From the NCBI GenBank assembly GCA_010093605.1, contig MU004182.1:1907195-1971194 (forward strand): a DNA stretch of 64,000 bases. The letters run 5' to 3'. Every line of letters starts with the position of its first letter. Position 1 is the stretch's first letter. Positions 14,701 to 28,365 of this stretch are shown here, in pieces. The position numbers were made by a program, and so were the translations under genes. The stretch is from Lophium mytilinum. Its lineage: Eukaryota. Under the pieces are notes generated by a model. It saw only the letters and a program-made list of their open reading frames with translations, was not told the origin of the DNA and did no database searches.

Positions 14701-17700
14701 ATTATAGAGCTACTAATTTATTTACTAGTACTAAGTTTATGCACCTAGTAAATTTACCTTTAAAACCCCTTAAGAAAGCCTAAGTTCTTAAACTAGCTAA
14801 TAGATTAGCTATTGCCTAAAAAGTAATATATAAAGCCCTTCTTAGTATAGATATAAATAGCTATTAAAGCTATTACTAGGCCTATATTACTAACCTAGAA
14901 GACTATAATATTATTATTAGCCTTAACTAGCTCTAAGAATATAATCTAGCTATTAACTAGAAAGCGGGACGCCTAGACTTTATATAATCTTACTATAAGC
15001 CTTACTAGAATTATATATACTATTTTAACCGTAATTCTATTACTATATAGGCTAATAGTATGCGCCCTAAAAATATACTAAATAAATACACTAATTATAA
15101 CGCTACTAATTAGAGACCTATTAGTATAGACGCCTATATACGCATAGCGTCTATCTTTAAATAAAAAGAATAGAAACTTAAATAAATTCTATAATATATC
15201 CTTAAAGCATTAGAAAATAAAAATAAAGACTTTATTATTACCTATAATAGACTCTAGGTTATTGCCTTCTATATAGGTAATAACGTTCTACTTAAAGTAT
15301 ATAAAATATTAGCTAAAGATATTAATAAGTTTATATATATAAAAAAGCACCTCTTCTAAAAAGAGATAGAATAATAGCTTTCTAAATGTCTATATTACTA
15401 TATCTATATATTTAACTAAGTTAAAGCTAATATACTACCTCTATACTAACCTAGAATTAATTATAAAATTAATCTAATAGAGGAAGCTAGTAAACTATCT
15501 AAGGCCTGTCTATATACTATATTAAAGAAAGAACTTAAAGTTATTAAGAAATAGATTAATAATAACCTTAATAAAGGATTTATCTATAAGTTATAATCCT
15601 CTATATCCTTCCCTATACTTCTTATCTAGAAGCCTAAAGGGGGCGTTTATTTCTATATTAACTATAGAGCTATTAATACTATAATAGTTAAAATAAGATA
15701 CCTACTACTACTTATTTAAGAAATACTCTAAAAACTTAGTAACGCTAAATAGTATTCTAAACTAGATATTATTTCTATATTTAATTAAATTTAAATACAG
15801 GAAGAAGATATAGGTCTTATAGCCTTCTCTATATAATAGGGATAGTATAAATCTATTATTATGCCTTTTAGCGTTATAGAAGGCCCTAGGCAATTCTAAT
15901 TCTTTATTAATTAAATATTATATAACTACCTAGATAATTTCTATTTAGCCTATATAGATAACGTTCTAGTCTATATAAATAGCACTAAGAAAGAATATAA
16001 AGAGCACGTTGTAAAAGTACTAGAGAGGCTTAATAAAGCTAGCCTTAATTATAACTTTACTAAATATAAATTTAATAAAATAGAAATTAAGTATCTAGGT
16101 CTTATTATTATAATAGGAGGCGTCTAGATAGACTCTAAGAAAGTAGCTACTATTATTAATTAGAAGACCCCTATATGCCTATATAATATATAAGCCTTTA
16201 TAGAATTTACTAATTTCTACTAATATTTTATATATATATTCTTCTATATAGTCTTACTACTTACATCTATAATAAAGATAACTAATAGAAAGAAGATAAA
16301 GCTTAAAGCTTAATTTATCTAGAATAAAAAATATAAATAAGCGTTTTAGGCGCTAAAAGCAGCATTTACTACTGTACCTATCCTCTACTATTTTTAGTAT
16401 AGTAAAAAGGTCTATATTAAGACTAACACTTTAAACTATATTATTACTAGTATTATATTATAAAAAGGTAAAGACGGCTTACTCTATTCTATTGCCTTCT
16501 TCTCTTCTAAGATAAACCCCTAGGAATATAACTACAAGATCTATAATAAGAAATTACTTACTATTATTAAGGCTTTTAAAGAATAGAGACTAGAACTAGC
16601 TAGCGCTAACCTAGAGAACCCTACTAATATACTTATAGATTATTATAATCTAGAATACTTTATATTAATAAAATACCTAAACTAACGCTAGGCCTATTAG
16701 GCCGGCTTTCTTACTAGTTTTAACTTTAAAATTATCTATTAACTAGGCATCCTAGAGGGGAAACTAGATAGCCTTACTAGATATTTATAGGACCTTTCTA
16801 TAGACCTAAATAATTCTTATTATTAATTTTAATACTAAACTATCCTAAAATCTTATAACCTAGAGAATAGAGTAGTATCTTATTTACTAGATATTTAAAT
16901 AAGCTTACCTAATAATAGCCTAGCCCGCATACTAAATCTAATTAGGCTACTTTCTTACTATAAAGAGTTAGACCCGTTAATAACTATAGAGTTGCAACTA
17001 TTAAAAATATACTCTTAATTTCTTCTTATACCTATATAGCTGCGCAGCTACACGCATAATAATAATAATATTAACTCTAACCCTAACTCTAACTCTAACC
17101 CTAACTCTAACTCTAACTCTAACTCTAATTCTTTTCTTATAGCTAATTCTTCTAAAAATAATAATAATCTTTATATAGAACCTAATCTAGTTTATTAATA
17201 TATACTTACTAATCTATTTAATAAAGGCTACTCTAGCTAGCCGCCTAAACTACTCTTTAACTCTATACTCTATAAACTTATAGCCCTTATATATAATAGT
17301 AAGCGTGCACTCCCTTAATCTCTATGTAATATTATTAGTAATCTTAATATCTTAGAATTTAAAATCCGCCGCAACTAATTATACTATTACGGCCGGTTAT
17401 ATATATCTATGCATAATAATTTATATCTTAAGCTATTATAGCTTACCTATAATACTACTATTAGTAGATATCTAGAAAAGTATAGTATATATAAACTTAT
17501 CTAGCGCTACTACTTCTAGCTAGGTATATGTAATTTAGTTAAAAACTATACTAGCGCCTACTATAGTTATAAATAGTTAAAGGCCTTCTATAATAAGAAG
17601 TAAGGTCTCCTACATTTACTTAATATACTAGAATAGCGCTAGACTAATATTACTATAGACTTTATTATAGAGCTTCCTCTCTATAAGTATAATAGCTAGA

Positions 17701-19309
17701 TCTATACTAAGATTCTTATTATTATCTACTATATAAGTAAAAAATATTACTATATTTCTATAAGCGGCACCTCTATCTATAATATTATTAACGCCTTTCT
17801 CTATAAGATCTACCGCCTCTATAGCCTCCCCTATATTATTATTAGTAATTATAATCTATAATTTATTTTAGATATTTAGAAACGTGTTTATAAGTATATT
17901 AGCGTCTATTAGAATATTTCTATAGTAGCCTACCTAGAAACTAATAGATAAATAGAGAACGTAAACGCTGTTATAAAGGCCTACCTTAGATAATTTATTA
18001 ATTACTGCTAGAATAACTAGGTTAACTACTTATCTATTAGTAAGTTCTTAGTAAATAACTAAGTTAATACTTCTACTATAATAATGCTATTCTTTATTAA
18101 TAAGGGTTTTTACCTACGTTCCGGGCTTAAGCCTCTACCGGGCGTAATAAATAACGTACTAGACCCTCTACCTACGCCCGCTCTTAGTACTAACGCTACT
18201 ATCTATTACTATTAGCTTAAAGAAGATATATATATTAACTAGATAAAAGATATTCTAAATAAATATAAGGCTATAATAACTTAGATATAAACTAAATAAG
18301 TAGATTATATAAATTAGTACTATAATCCTCCCCTAAAGCTCTAAGTTAATAACTAGGTATAGCTTAACGCATGTAATATAAAGACTACCTAACTAAATAA
18401 ATTACTTAATTATAAGAACCTTAGTCCCTTCTATATTACTAAAGTTATTAATAATAGTTATACCTTCTAGCTTAACTTTATAAATATAAGCCTTAAAGGC
18501 TTTTAAACGCACCCCGTCTTCTATCTATACCTTCTCTACCTAGATAGGTTCTATCCGCTGCTAGGCTAACGCTAGCCACCGCTACCTTCTATTTAGGTAA
18601 TTAACCCTATTATATCTAAATCTATTAAATAATACACAATTACACGCATTATTAATAGCCGCTAGCGCGGCCGCGGACTAAAAGAATACTACTACCTTAA
18701 ATATAAAGAACTTTATAAAGAGTATACTATACTATAGAAATAGTAACTATAGAAATAGTTTATACCTAAAGCCGCGGATCTAATTAGTAAATTCTATAAT
18801 CTTAACTCTAATGCTAACGGTTCTTATCTAGACTTTAAATCTAATAATAACTAGCGCGCGCGCCTTACTAATAATAATAACCTCTCTACTAACTATCTAT
18901 AATTATAATTACTCTATATTAAGTTATATTCTTATCTTTATATAATTACCTCGCTGCACCTCTATACCGTAATTAATAGCCTTATATAGTTTATTATAAC
19001 TTTATATATAATAACTATAATAAGATTAGAATTCTTAGCCGCATAAAGTGGGCTAAGCTATTATAATAGGAAAGCCCTTATAAGTAACGCCTTAAGTACG
19101 CTAGCTTCTTATATATTAGTATATAATTAATAATTAGTAAACTACGCTATATAATTTACTATACTAGATAACTATTTACGCCCTTATATTTAAACCTAAT
19201 AGCTAATTACACCCTTATATTTAAACCCTATAGGGCCTATAATACTATTTCTTTTTCCTTTTTCTTATTCTTTTTATTTTTCTTCTAGCGTTCTTAAATA
19301 GGGGGGTAG

Positions 19310-19551
19310 TATAATAGATTACGCTCTACCCTCTAGTTATATATTTACCTATTACTAGCCTTCTACCTCTATATCTATTATATTACCTAGCGCCGCCTAT
19401 ATACTAGCCCGCCTAGTACCTACGCGCCTCTCTTCTCTATATATATAGTTTCTACCTAAAAGCCTCTCTTTCTACTTCTTATATAACCTCTTAAAATTAA
19501 CCTATCTAGTTATCTTATACTACTAAGCTTCTCTATACTATAACTATAATA
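19310..19551 (+). repeat. 3' LTR of inner Gypsy
   Basis: Preceded by polypurine tract GGGGGGTAG. Same length as the 5' LTR. Confidence 0.9.
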
Positions 19552-20565
19552 TTAGGTATAAACTAAATAAGTAGATTATATAAATTAGTACTATAATTCT
19601 CTACTAAAGCTTTAAATTAATAACTAGGTATAGCTTAATATATATAATATAAAGACTACCTAACTAAATAAATTACTTAATTATAAAAACCTTAGTTCTT
19701 TCCGCATTACTAAGGTTATTAATAATAGTTACGCCTTCTAGCTTAACTTTATAAATATAAGCCTTAAAGGCTCTTAAACGCACTCTATCTTCTACCTATA
19801 TCTTCTCTACCTAGATAGGTTCTATCTACTGCTAGGCTAATACTAGCTACTACTACCTTTTATCTAGATAATTAACTCTATTACCTTTAAATCTATTAAA
19901 TAATACCTAATTATATAAATTATTAATAGCCGCTAGCGCAGCTACAGACTAAAAGAACGCCGCTATCTTAAATATAAAGAACTTTATAAAGGTTATACTA
20001 TACTATAGAAATAGTAACTATAGAAATAGTTTATACCTAAAGCCGCGGATTTAATTAGTAAATTCTATAATCTTAACTCTAATGCTAATAGTTTTTATCT
20101 AGACTTTAAATCTAATAATAACTAGCGCGCGTGCCTTACTAATAATAATAACCTCTCTACTAACTATCTATAATTATAATTACTCTATAATAAGCTATAT
20201 TCTTATTTTTATATAATTACCTTACTATACCTCTATACTATAATTAATAGCCTTATATAGTTTATTATAACTTTATATATAATAACTATAATAAGATTAG
20301 AATTCTTAGCTATATAAAGTAGGCTAAGCTATTATAATAGAAAAGCCCTTATAAGTAATACCTTAAGTATACTAGCTTCTTATATATTAGTATATAATTA
20401 ATAATTAGCTAAACTATACTATATAATTTTATCTTCTAACCGGCCTAATAATTTAATAACTATTTACGCCTTTATATTTAAACCCGGTATAACTTAGATA
20501 CTCTTTTCTTTTTTCTTTTATTTTTACTTTATTTTTACTTCTAGCGTTCTTAAACGGGGGGGTAG

Positions 20566-20814
20566 TATAATAGATTACGCCCCGCCCTCTAGTTATATAT
20601 TTACCTATTACTAGCTACTAGCCTTCTACTTCTATATCTATTATATTACCTAGCACTATCTATATGCTAGCCTACCTAGCGCCTATACGCCTCTCTTCTC
20701 TATATATATAGCTTCTTTCTAGAGGCCTCTCTTTCTACTTCTTATATAACCTTTTAAAATTAACCTATCTAGTTACTTTATACTACTAAGCTTCTCTATA
20801 CTATAACTATAATA
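20566..20814 (+). repeat. 3' LTR of outer Gypsy
   Basis: Preceded by the PPT. Same LTR family with a 7-bp internal duplication (ctagcta ctagc). Confidence 0.88.
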
Positions 20815-21312
20815 TATATACCTTTTAGTATATATCTACTTTTTTAGAATTATAAATATATTATAGAATAGCTAGACTTAGTATTAAATATAGAAAATAA
20901 AGTAGAAGATAGGCTAGTACTTTATAGTTATAGTAGGTAGTTTAGAGTTATATTAAGGGTTAAGATATAGCATTAAAAGCCCTCTATAAGAATTTCTTAG
21001 TATACCTATATACCTTTTAGTATATATCTACTTTCTTAGAATTATAGCCGCGTTATAGTATAGCTAAACTTAGTATTAGATAGAGGAGATAGAGTAGAAG
21101 ATAGGCTAATACCTTATAGTTATAGTAGGTTATTTAGTATTATATTAAGGGTTAAGATATAGCGTTAAAAGTTAGCTATTTTAGCTATTTATTCCTTATA
21201 AACCGTGCCTAAATGTCCTTAGACCCTCTATAAGGAATGCCGTTATCACGTGCCGTAATAACGGGCCTTCCTTGGTAGAGGGTTTGAGGGCAACTAAGAT
21301 AAGGATGCGACA
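20815..21312 (-). repeat. Fragment of a different LTR-like repeat containing two tandem ~165-bp units; marks the edge of the AT-rich block
   Basis: 20815-20980 and 21007-21171 are near copies. The reverse complement of the right end reads TGTCGCATCCTTATC..., an LTR-like TGT start. RIP fades toward 21312. Confidence 0.55.
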
Positions 21313-21566
21313 CCCTAGCGCAATGCATAAACACATGACTGGATGGCAGTATGGCTATCTAAATCATGAACGATATCGGCAGTATCTGCGGTACTTACTG
21401 CAAACTTAATTCGCCATGGTAAACATTATAAAGTCAATGGGTGAGTTCAAGCATTAAAGACACGTGCATACCGTAAGACTGACTTCTTTGGAGTATATCG
21501 CATATTCAAGAGGTCCAAGCAGAGAATAATGCTAATCGATCAGATTGTGGGTATATCTAGTGGTCT

Positions 21567-22616
21567 TCATACCTCGTCTTCACTTCTAGGATCCTGAACC
21601 TTCAAGCCCATTTCAATTTGCCTCTCAACGCTCACTTGCCTCAATCTCTCGCTCTCCTTTGGCGTCAAACTGAGATAGACTTCCACGCCTATCGCATGGA
21701 TAGCTAGCGCCAGCCATAATGCCATCCCAAAGCTCATCCGTAGACTCGCGCCAATCTCCTCGGGCCGGTTCTGGAAAGACGCATGCACAGCAACGTACTG
21801 ATTGACTTTGGCATTGGAAATGCTGCATAGCGGATAGCGGCCGCCGTAAGAACCGCCAGACCTTGCGTAAATGGAATTGATCTCGCCACAGGACATTACT
21901 GTGTTGAAAGAGTCCACCTTGGTGATGATCTGCGCGGATATTATCATGATAATGCGCAGCGTTATGATAGTGCCTAAATAGAACACGGCTCTCAACATCC
22001 ACGCGCGGTGTTGGTCGATCTGGAGTTGCTTGACATTGTAGTATGCATGACATATGCTGGTAGTTGACAAGATGGCAAGGACGCCTAGCCCGGCTTGAGT
22101 TTCGAGTGATCCTCCGAAGGCATGTCGAGCGATCATTAGAGCGCCCACGTTGCTTATGAAGACGAGAAAGATAACAAGGTAGCCATTGATGCGGTGGAAT
22201 AGGAGGAACTTGTAGCGGATGATGGGGACAAATTGCCAGACCATAAGGAACCCTGCGGGCAAGATGGCCGCGAGATGGATCGTTATGCCGATGCGATAGA
22301 AGCCGGACTTAAACCAGTACCACTCTCCAGGCGAACTTCCGTTGCGGTAGCTGCTTTGCGCAGAGCCTCCGACGTTCAGATAGGGGAGGCGCGCGAGGGT
22401 GAAGCCCATCATGGCACCAGCAAAGACAATGACTGCCTAGGTAAGCGGATTGAAATAAAGATGTCGCCTTTCACACTTACAGAGCGCGAGATTGTAGCCT
22501 TTCTTGAAGCCAACAGACTGATGTGTCTTTTGCCAAAACGTTACGGTCTTGTTTGGGGCCTTGTGGTCCTCCACTTTTCCAGAGTCTACACACAAAGCCG
22601 AAGCTGAGGATGACAT
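21567..22616 (-). CDS. DUF2306-like multi-pass membrane protein
   Basis: ATG at 22616 and intron 22433-22480 give GFKKGYNLALFIVFAGAMMGF. Conserved His motifs: HLAAILPAG, FHRINGY, ARHAFGG, DQHRAWMLR. Confidence 0.8.
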
Positions 22617-23217
22617 CTCGTCGGTAGTAATGGGATTCGTTCTTTTGCCAGAAAGACTAGTATATTAAGAGTGGGACGGAGTGTTTAGCCGATATGGCTT
22701 TACAAATGCGGAGGTCTTTGAGATGTAACATTGTGAAAAGAGGTCGTAGAACGAGGAATATATACCAATCTTAGAGTTCGCGTCATGGCATCTCCGCTGT
22801 CCTTAAGTAGAACTAGGCGACAAGACCCAGTTAGGACAGGATGATGGGGTGTATCGATCGTGATAGCCGGAGAGATCTTAGAGAGGGGAAGGTTACGTCT
22901 AATCCCCTTCAGGTCGAGCCTACGACGCTAGCATTGGCCTGCCAGCTAGTCCTCTTCGGGTCGAGCTCGCGAGATCTTGGCACATCTTAGGGGTCTCACA
23001 CGTCACTACCAGCCACAGTGTGTTACTCGGACACTCCAACAATGTAACCTTTTTCTCTCTGTCTTACTCACATCGCGGTGCTAGTCAGGATTTGGCTTGC
23101 GTGGATGTACTGGTAGAATACCACCAGAATATGGCAATACCCGAGTGACTGGCCGGGTCTCCATCATAGCGATTCGTTACTTTCACCGTCGGCAACCAGC
23201 GAGCACGTCCCTGAACA

Positions 23218-24782
23218 ATGGGTTTCACAGGAAAGCCAAGCCGGGGCTGTGAAGTGTGCCGCAGACGTCGTATCAAGGTAAGCCTGATCGAAATAGCCGT
23301 GGAGTGGTCGAATGATTGACTACTGACGAGGTCCAGTGCGATGAAGCCTTGCCTGGCTGCTCTCACTGCGCTAAGAGGCAAATCGTATGCCCTGGATATC
23401 GTTCCCAATTTGACGTTGCTTGGCGAAATCAAAACTTCGTAGCGGAGCATGCAGTCCTCCGCAGAAAGAAGGCCATCGACAAGGCTGATCGTGATGGTGC
23501 CGCAAGAACTCAAGTGGAACGTCATGCCTACTCTAAAATCCCGAAGTCTTTACCCCAAGACTATGAGCAATATGCCATAAATTTCTTTCTCTCTTCATAC
23601 ATCCTGCTGCCGAAGGATCCCGGCGTACGTCGAGGCTTGCTAGACTGTTTGTATCCAGTTTGGACTCAGATTTATTCTACGTCACCTCTGAAACCGGCTC
23701 TTACAGCAGTGGCTTCATGCATGCTGGAGGGATGGTCCCGACTTAGGCCAGATATATCTGTATCACTTTCACGAAAGCACTACGTGAAAGGTGTAGCAGC
23801 ACTAAGGGAAGCCCTAGAAGAAAACAAAGACATTGGGGACGACGTGCTTTTGGCATCACTCATGCTAGACATGTATGAAGAGGTGGTTTCATTCATGACC
23901 GGGACCCGCTCGTTTAGTCCTCATGTTCACGGGACCGCCTCGTTGATTGCTCAACGACGGCGGCAGCCCGTCAACAACAAGACGTCCCAAAGAGTTCTGC
24001 TTGGCGCACGAAGCCAAGTCGTGACAAGGGTATTAGCCAATGCCCAACCTTCTCCGTTTGATCCGTCCGAGTGGAGCGATGTAACGCATTATGTCTTAGA
24101 AACACCGGCACTCATACTGGATGACCTTAACATTGACGTAGCAAATATCCACGCTGCTGCTTCATGCCTCAACTCAAAGATTACGCAGAGGGACCTCGCG
24201 TGGGAGATACTACAGACGACAATTGAGCTCGACCAAAGATTGCTAGCCTGGGCAAGCTCCACAGCTCCAGTGGAATGGATGCCCGTCCGAGTCGCCGGTC
24301 CAGAATGCATCCCACAGGGCGTGCGCGACGCGGGCCTATATCACGAATATTGCCATGTGCACAAGAGCATTTTCGTTACCGGCACGCTCAACATATACTC
24401 TACTTCACGCATCAAACTTCAGTTAGCAATTCTCGCCTGTCTAGACCATTTGGGGATCGCCAGTTCCGATGCCGCACGAGTGACAGCTTTGGAGATTATC
24501 CAAGACTTAGCGGACAACGTGTGTGCTAGCGTGCCATTTCACCTAGGGAATAGAACGGAGCCTAGTCGCATCGACGACAAGTCTGTTCAATACCCTCATA
24601 TTGCAGGAATCCGGGTTCCCGATCACCATTACGCAGCGGCGGCTGCGTTTGGCGGATATCTGCTCACAAGACCACTGGTAGAGGTTCTCACGGCTCGCTG
24701 TCCCTTAAGGACTGGACAGCGAGAATGGATTGGGGGACAAATGCAGAGACTCAAGCAGATTTATGCCATTCGACCGATATAA
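23218..24782 (+). CDS. Zn(II)2Cys6 transcription factor
   Basis: MGFTGKPSRGCEVCRRRRIK, intron at about 23278-23336, then CDEALPGCSHCAKRQIVCPGY and a C-terminal fungal TF domain. Confidence 0.9.
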
Positions 24783-25756
24783 ACCAACTCTCAACTTTAC
24801 TTCGAGTTTCTCCAGAGTAATTACGTTTGGCAGACGAGACTCTGTGCGTGATCGCCACTGCGTTCATTCTAGTACACGTTCGAAAATGCAATGAAAGCCT
24901 CCAGAAGTAGCCTCTTCGAACTTTGAAAGCTTTACTTCTGTTTTGCCTAGAGCTTTAATATGGCATCAAAGAATATCAGACATCGCAAGACAGATGCACG
25001 CAAACTTCCGTCTCGGAGCTATGTGGAGGAACTACGAGGAGACTAGAATGACTACCTGATAGCGACAGGTTAGATGCCTCTACAGATTGCTATGAGCTTC
25101 AGGAATGTGCAGCAAGTTGACATGTCTCTCGATTCGAAAGGTTCTTTGACTTCAACCTTTGACGGGAGCACCATCTTGGAAAAGCATCAGCTCCAACAGA
25201 TGGTTGAGGCGTGCCCTCGAGAGACGATTTTGATGGTAACGGTAGTGTTGAGTAAATCAACCGCAGGAGCGGCGTCTGGAGGCAGGTAACTTTGATGCAG
25301 CTGATGTAGCCCTAGTGGTGCGACAACAACGAGAGACTTTTGATGGTGACTTGAGATTGGGGAGATAACGGCTGCACGACTTCCGCCGCTAAATCCATAC
25401 TCTTCTGTGCTAGTATGGTTCATGACGCCAGGGTCTCGGTATGGGATAGCGCCGCGGAGCTCTACATAACTCGTATCTTATCGCGGTCCTTTCTCTGCCT
25501 GTTCCCTTGCTATGCATTACTTGAGAAAATAGCTTGATACTAAACCTGGACTCCTCCACTGAAACCTCCAAGGTGCGATACCACTAATACGGCATTTAAG
25601 AAAGCAGCATCGCGTCGGTTCGCTCCGCTCCGACTGCAAGTCCCACTTCTACACTATCCGAAACCATAACACCCAAGCGCACGTGAAGTTTTCTCGGCTG
25701 CAAGTGTGTCCATCGGGTCCGAAGAACCTTGACGGTTTGTTCAATCGAAAAACGGT

Positions 25757-28284
25757 ATGCAGCAGTCCAGCACCGCACCCGCCATCTCGGGAGCGAGCAA
25801 CCCGTCGCCAGGGACTCGGAGGGCCAGGGTAGCACTGGCATGTCAGCGCTGCAAAGGGAGGAAGCAAAAAGTGAGATGTACTCCATCGGATCTGAATCAT
25901 CTCTGACACTAGCAGTGTGATGGTCAGCGGCCCACGTGTAAGTCATGCCGCAAGGTGAGCGTGACTTGCATCTATGAGCAAGCTATTCGACCGCGCTATC
26001 CAGGGGGAAAAATGCTGTACTTCACCCACCTCAAACTATGTGACGTCGTTGTTGATTCACGTCTAGCTATATCAATGCCCTCGAAGAGCGAATTGCTTTC
26101 CTTGAGGCTCGGCTGCCCGAGTATGGGAGAGATCACTTAAGCAGTAGTCTCCCGTCGAAGGAAACGCACTTCGACACGGATCGTCGACTCTCTCCAACCA
26201 TGGATGATTCGCCTTCAGAAGAAGACGCATCCCTTGTGGATGGTGTGGCATATCTTTCCTTATGTGCTTCAGGCACTGCCGACGACTCTGCCAACGATCC
26301 ATTCTACTTTGGATCCAGTTCCGGAGCAAGTATAGCACGTATGATACAGTCGTCAATTTTCATTACCAAAAAGCCTCAGGTTGGTGGGACAGCTCCAAAG
26401 CATAATAAAGCAGCTCGAAACGCTTCCATCTCTTCCCTAAGCTCAGCCTTTCCAATTGATTCTGCTCTTGAATTTCCTCCTCCACATGAAGCGGAGCCCC
26501 TCTTTCGTGTGTTCTTCGACCGCTTGCACAGTCGATGGCCAGCTCTAGATAGAGCGCTGTACACGTCTTTCTTCCAGAGACAGTACGAAACAGGAGCGAT
26601 ACCTATTGTGGAGCGGAGTATTATGCACCTTATATATGCAATATCCGCGAGGTATATGCAGCTGACCAAAATGGCCTGCGAAATAGGCCCCGAGGTACGT
26701 TCGCCACCTCCATTACAAGGCAGCTCTTGACTTCAAAAGGTTCACTTCGGCGCAGCAGTGGAGCCTATGGAATACATACTGGACCAGCACAACATCTCAA
26801 CCGTCCAATTCCTAACCCTGCTTGCCGTGTTCGGACAAAGAAGCCCGTATGGCGCTGGCGTCTGGTCCCAAGTTCGATATGCCATAACTCTCTGCATTGA
26901 GTTAGGCCTACACAGAAAGCCAAGTGCGAGTACACCTGTCAAGAACTCACGCGAATTGGAGATCCGCAAACGCACCTTCTGGTCCTGCTACGGTCTCGAC
27001 CGACTTACCAGCTTGCTCTTGGGAAGAACCTTTGCAATAGCAGATAGGGATATCAATGCCGAGGTGAGTGATTGTTCTACCTTTTGTTTTGTCCATGGAG
27101 ACACCTCGCTGACCATCGAAAAAGCTACCAAGTGTTGCACTAGAGTTCTGGGATCTATCAGCGGCGCAAAGCCCTTCAGAAGGCCCGACGACATGGAGCA
27201 ACTTAATGCCATTCAACCACATCATCAGACTTCGTCAAATTCAGTCCAAGATCCACCGAATAGTTTTTCGAGTAGACGTGACTCCAGCTCCAAATGACCG
27301 AGGTCGTCTAGACGCAAAGATGGCAGATATACACGCAGAGCTGGATGAGTGGGTTAAAGCAATACCCTTTCCTCCAAAAAACGCTCAGGAGCCAGCTTGG
27401 ATGTATATGCCTGACAAGACTTACCACGATTCTAGTGAATACTTCACATTGCAATATCACAAGACCGTGCTTTCCTTGTACACCTCTTTGCTTCCAGTAA
27501 TACCTTCGACGGATCCCCGTTTCATCTCTTGTGGCAATTCCTCAGCCCAAATCTGCCTTACGTACAGGCGACTTCATCAACAAAAGATCTTGTCTTTCAC
27601 AGTCATCGCTCTTCACTCCTGTTTCATAGCAGGACTAACATTAATCTACTGTCTGTGGAGAGATCGGTCTTTGTTCTCCTATGATGTTCTTGATGCTACG
27701 CGGGCATGCAGCCAAACGTTGACTCTATTTGGAGAGAAATGGACGGGATCAACGAAATATGGAGATATATTCGAAGCATTATCCGGCAGTGTTCTACGCG
27801 TCGTGATGAATCCCGGCCAACACAACTCAGATGTCCGGCAATCCAAGGTTATACTAGAACCGATTGAGGAGACTTCCCAAGGCCAAGCCAGCGCTACAAA
27901 TCCACCCCAGGCGCCCAATCCTCTCTTTGGTGCAGTCAAAGAAGTTTTCATGGAAGCAGAAGAGGAAGTACCAGGGGGCTGGCAGTAAGGACCCCGTTGC
28001 CCAATATTCGTTACGAGGGCTAATCAAAAATTAGGGGCTGGAAGATGTTCAACGAAATGGTGCAGTCGCCTCCCCCGACCACAGAGTTTCCGCAAGCAAT
28101 CCCATCGAACCATGGTGATTTGTTTTCGACCCTGGGTGAGACGATTACTGAGGGAACTGCCGATTGGGATGGTACCAACGGCCTCTACGACGCCGATAGT
28201 ATGAATGGATTTCTACAAATGGACTCTTCGGCATTCCCCAACGGAAACGGATGGGATCACGGTTTTCTTGGAGTCTACGAGTGA
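25757..28284 (+). CDS. Zn(II)2Cys6 transcription factor with Fungal_trans domain (resembles the Ppr1/UaY type)
   Basis: Spliced exons give ACQRCKGRKQK|CDGQRPTCKSC..C. Also YFGSSSGASIARMI, LCIELGLHR and KRTFWSCYGLDRLTSLLLGRTFAI. Several GT-AG introns and an acidic C-terminal tail. Confidence 0.88.
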
Positions 28285-28365
28285 TACACGCTCTAGCGCA
28301 CATGGAAAAGGATGAAATGTGGATCACCTTTTGAATATCTCTTTTCGACGACAATAAGCTACCGC

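Larger units (their letters stand above)
11484..19551 (+). mobile_element. Inner full-length Ty3/Gypsy retrotransposon (about 8.07 kb) nested in the integrase region of the outer copy
   Basis: Two 242-bp LTRs (11484-11725, 19310-19551) and TSD TTAGA/TTAGG (11479-11483, 19552-19556). RT YxDDVLVY-like at about 15951-15974, RNase H at about 16530-16590, integrase at about 17930, chromodomain-like at about 18630-18790, PPT 19301-19309. Bases 13657-19551 are colinear with the outer copy. Confidence 0.92.
6894..20814 (+). mobile_element. Outer Ty3/Gypsy (chromovirus-like) LTR retrotransposon, RIP-inactivated, 5' part missing from this position, split by a nested sibling
   Basis: RIP'd RT motif tat-ata-gat-aat-att-cta-gtc-tat (YxDDILVY) at about 9170-9193. 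RNase H NYEIHDKELLAI-like at about 9750-9810. Integrase HPETDGQTE-like at about 11125-11150, resuming at 19557. Chromodomain-like stretch at about 19900-20050. PPT GGGGGGGTAG followed by the 3' LTR at 20566-20814. Confidence 0.9.

Noticed and set aside
17072..17129. (CCCTAA/CTCTAA)n telomere-like run, with a shorter copy at about 10297-10325
   Set aside because: It lies at the same position inside pol of both Gypsy copies. It is best explained as a RIP'd GACTCC/GACCCC (Asp-Ser/Pro) coding repeat, not a telomere.
1..21312. Starship element or captain tyrosine recombinase
   Set aside because: No DUF3435-like sequence or Starship boundary motif could be read. It cannot be excluded for 1-6893 because of RIP damage.
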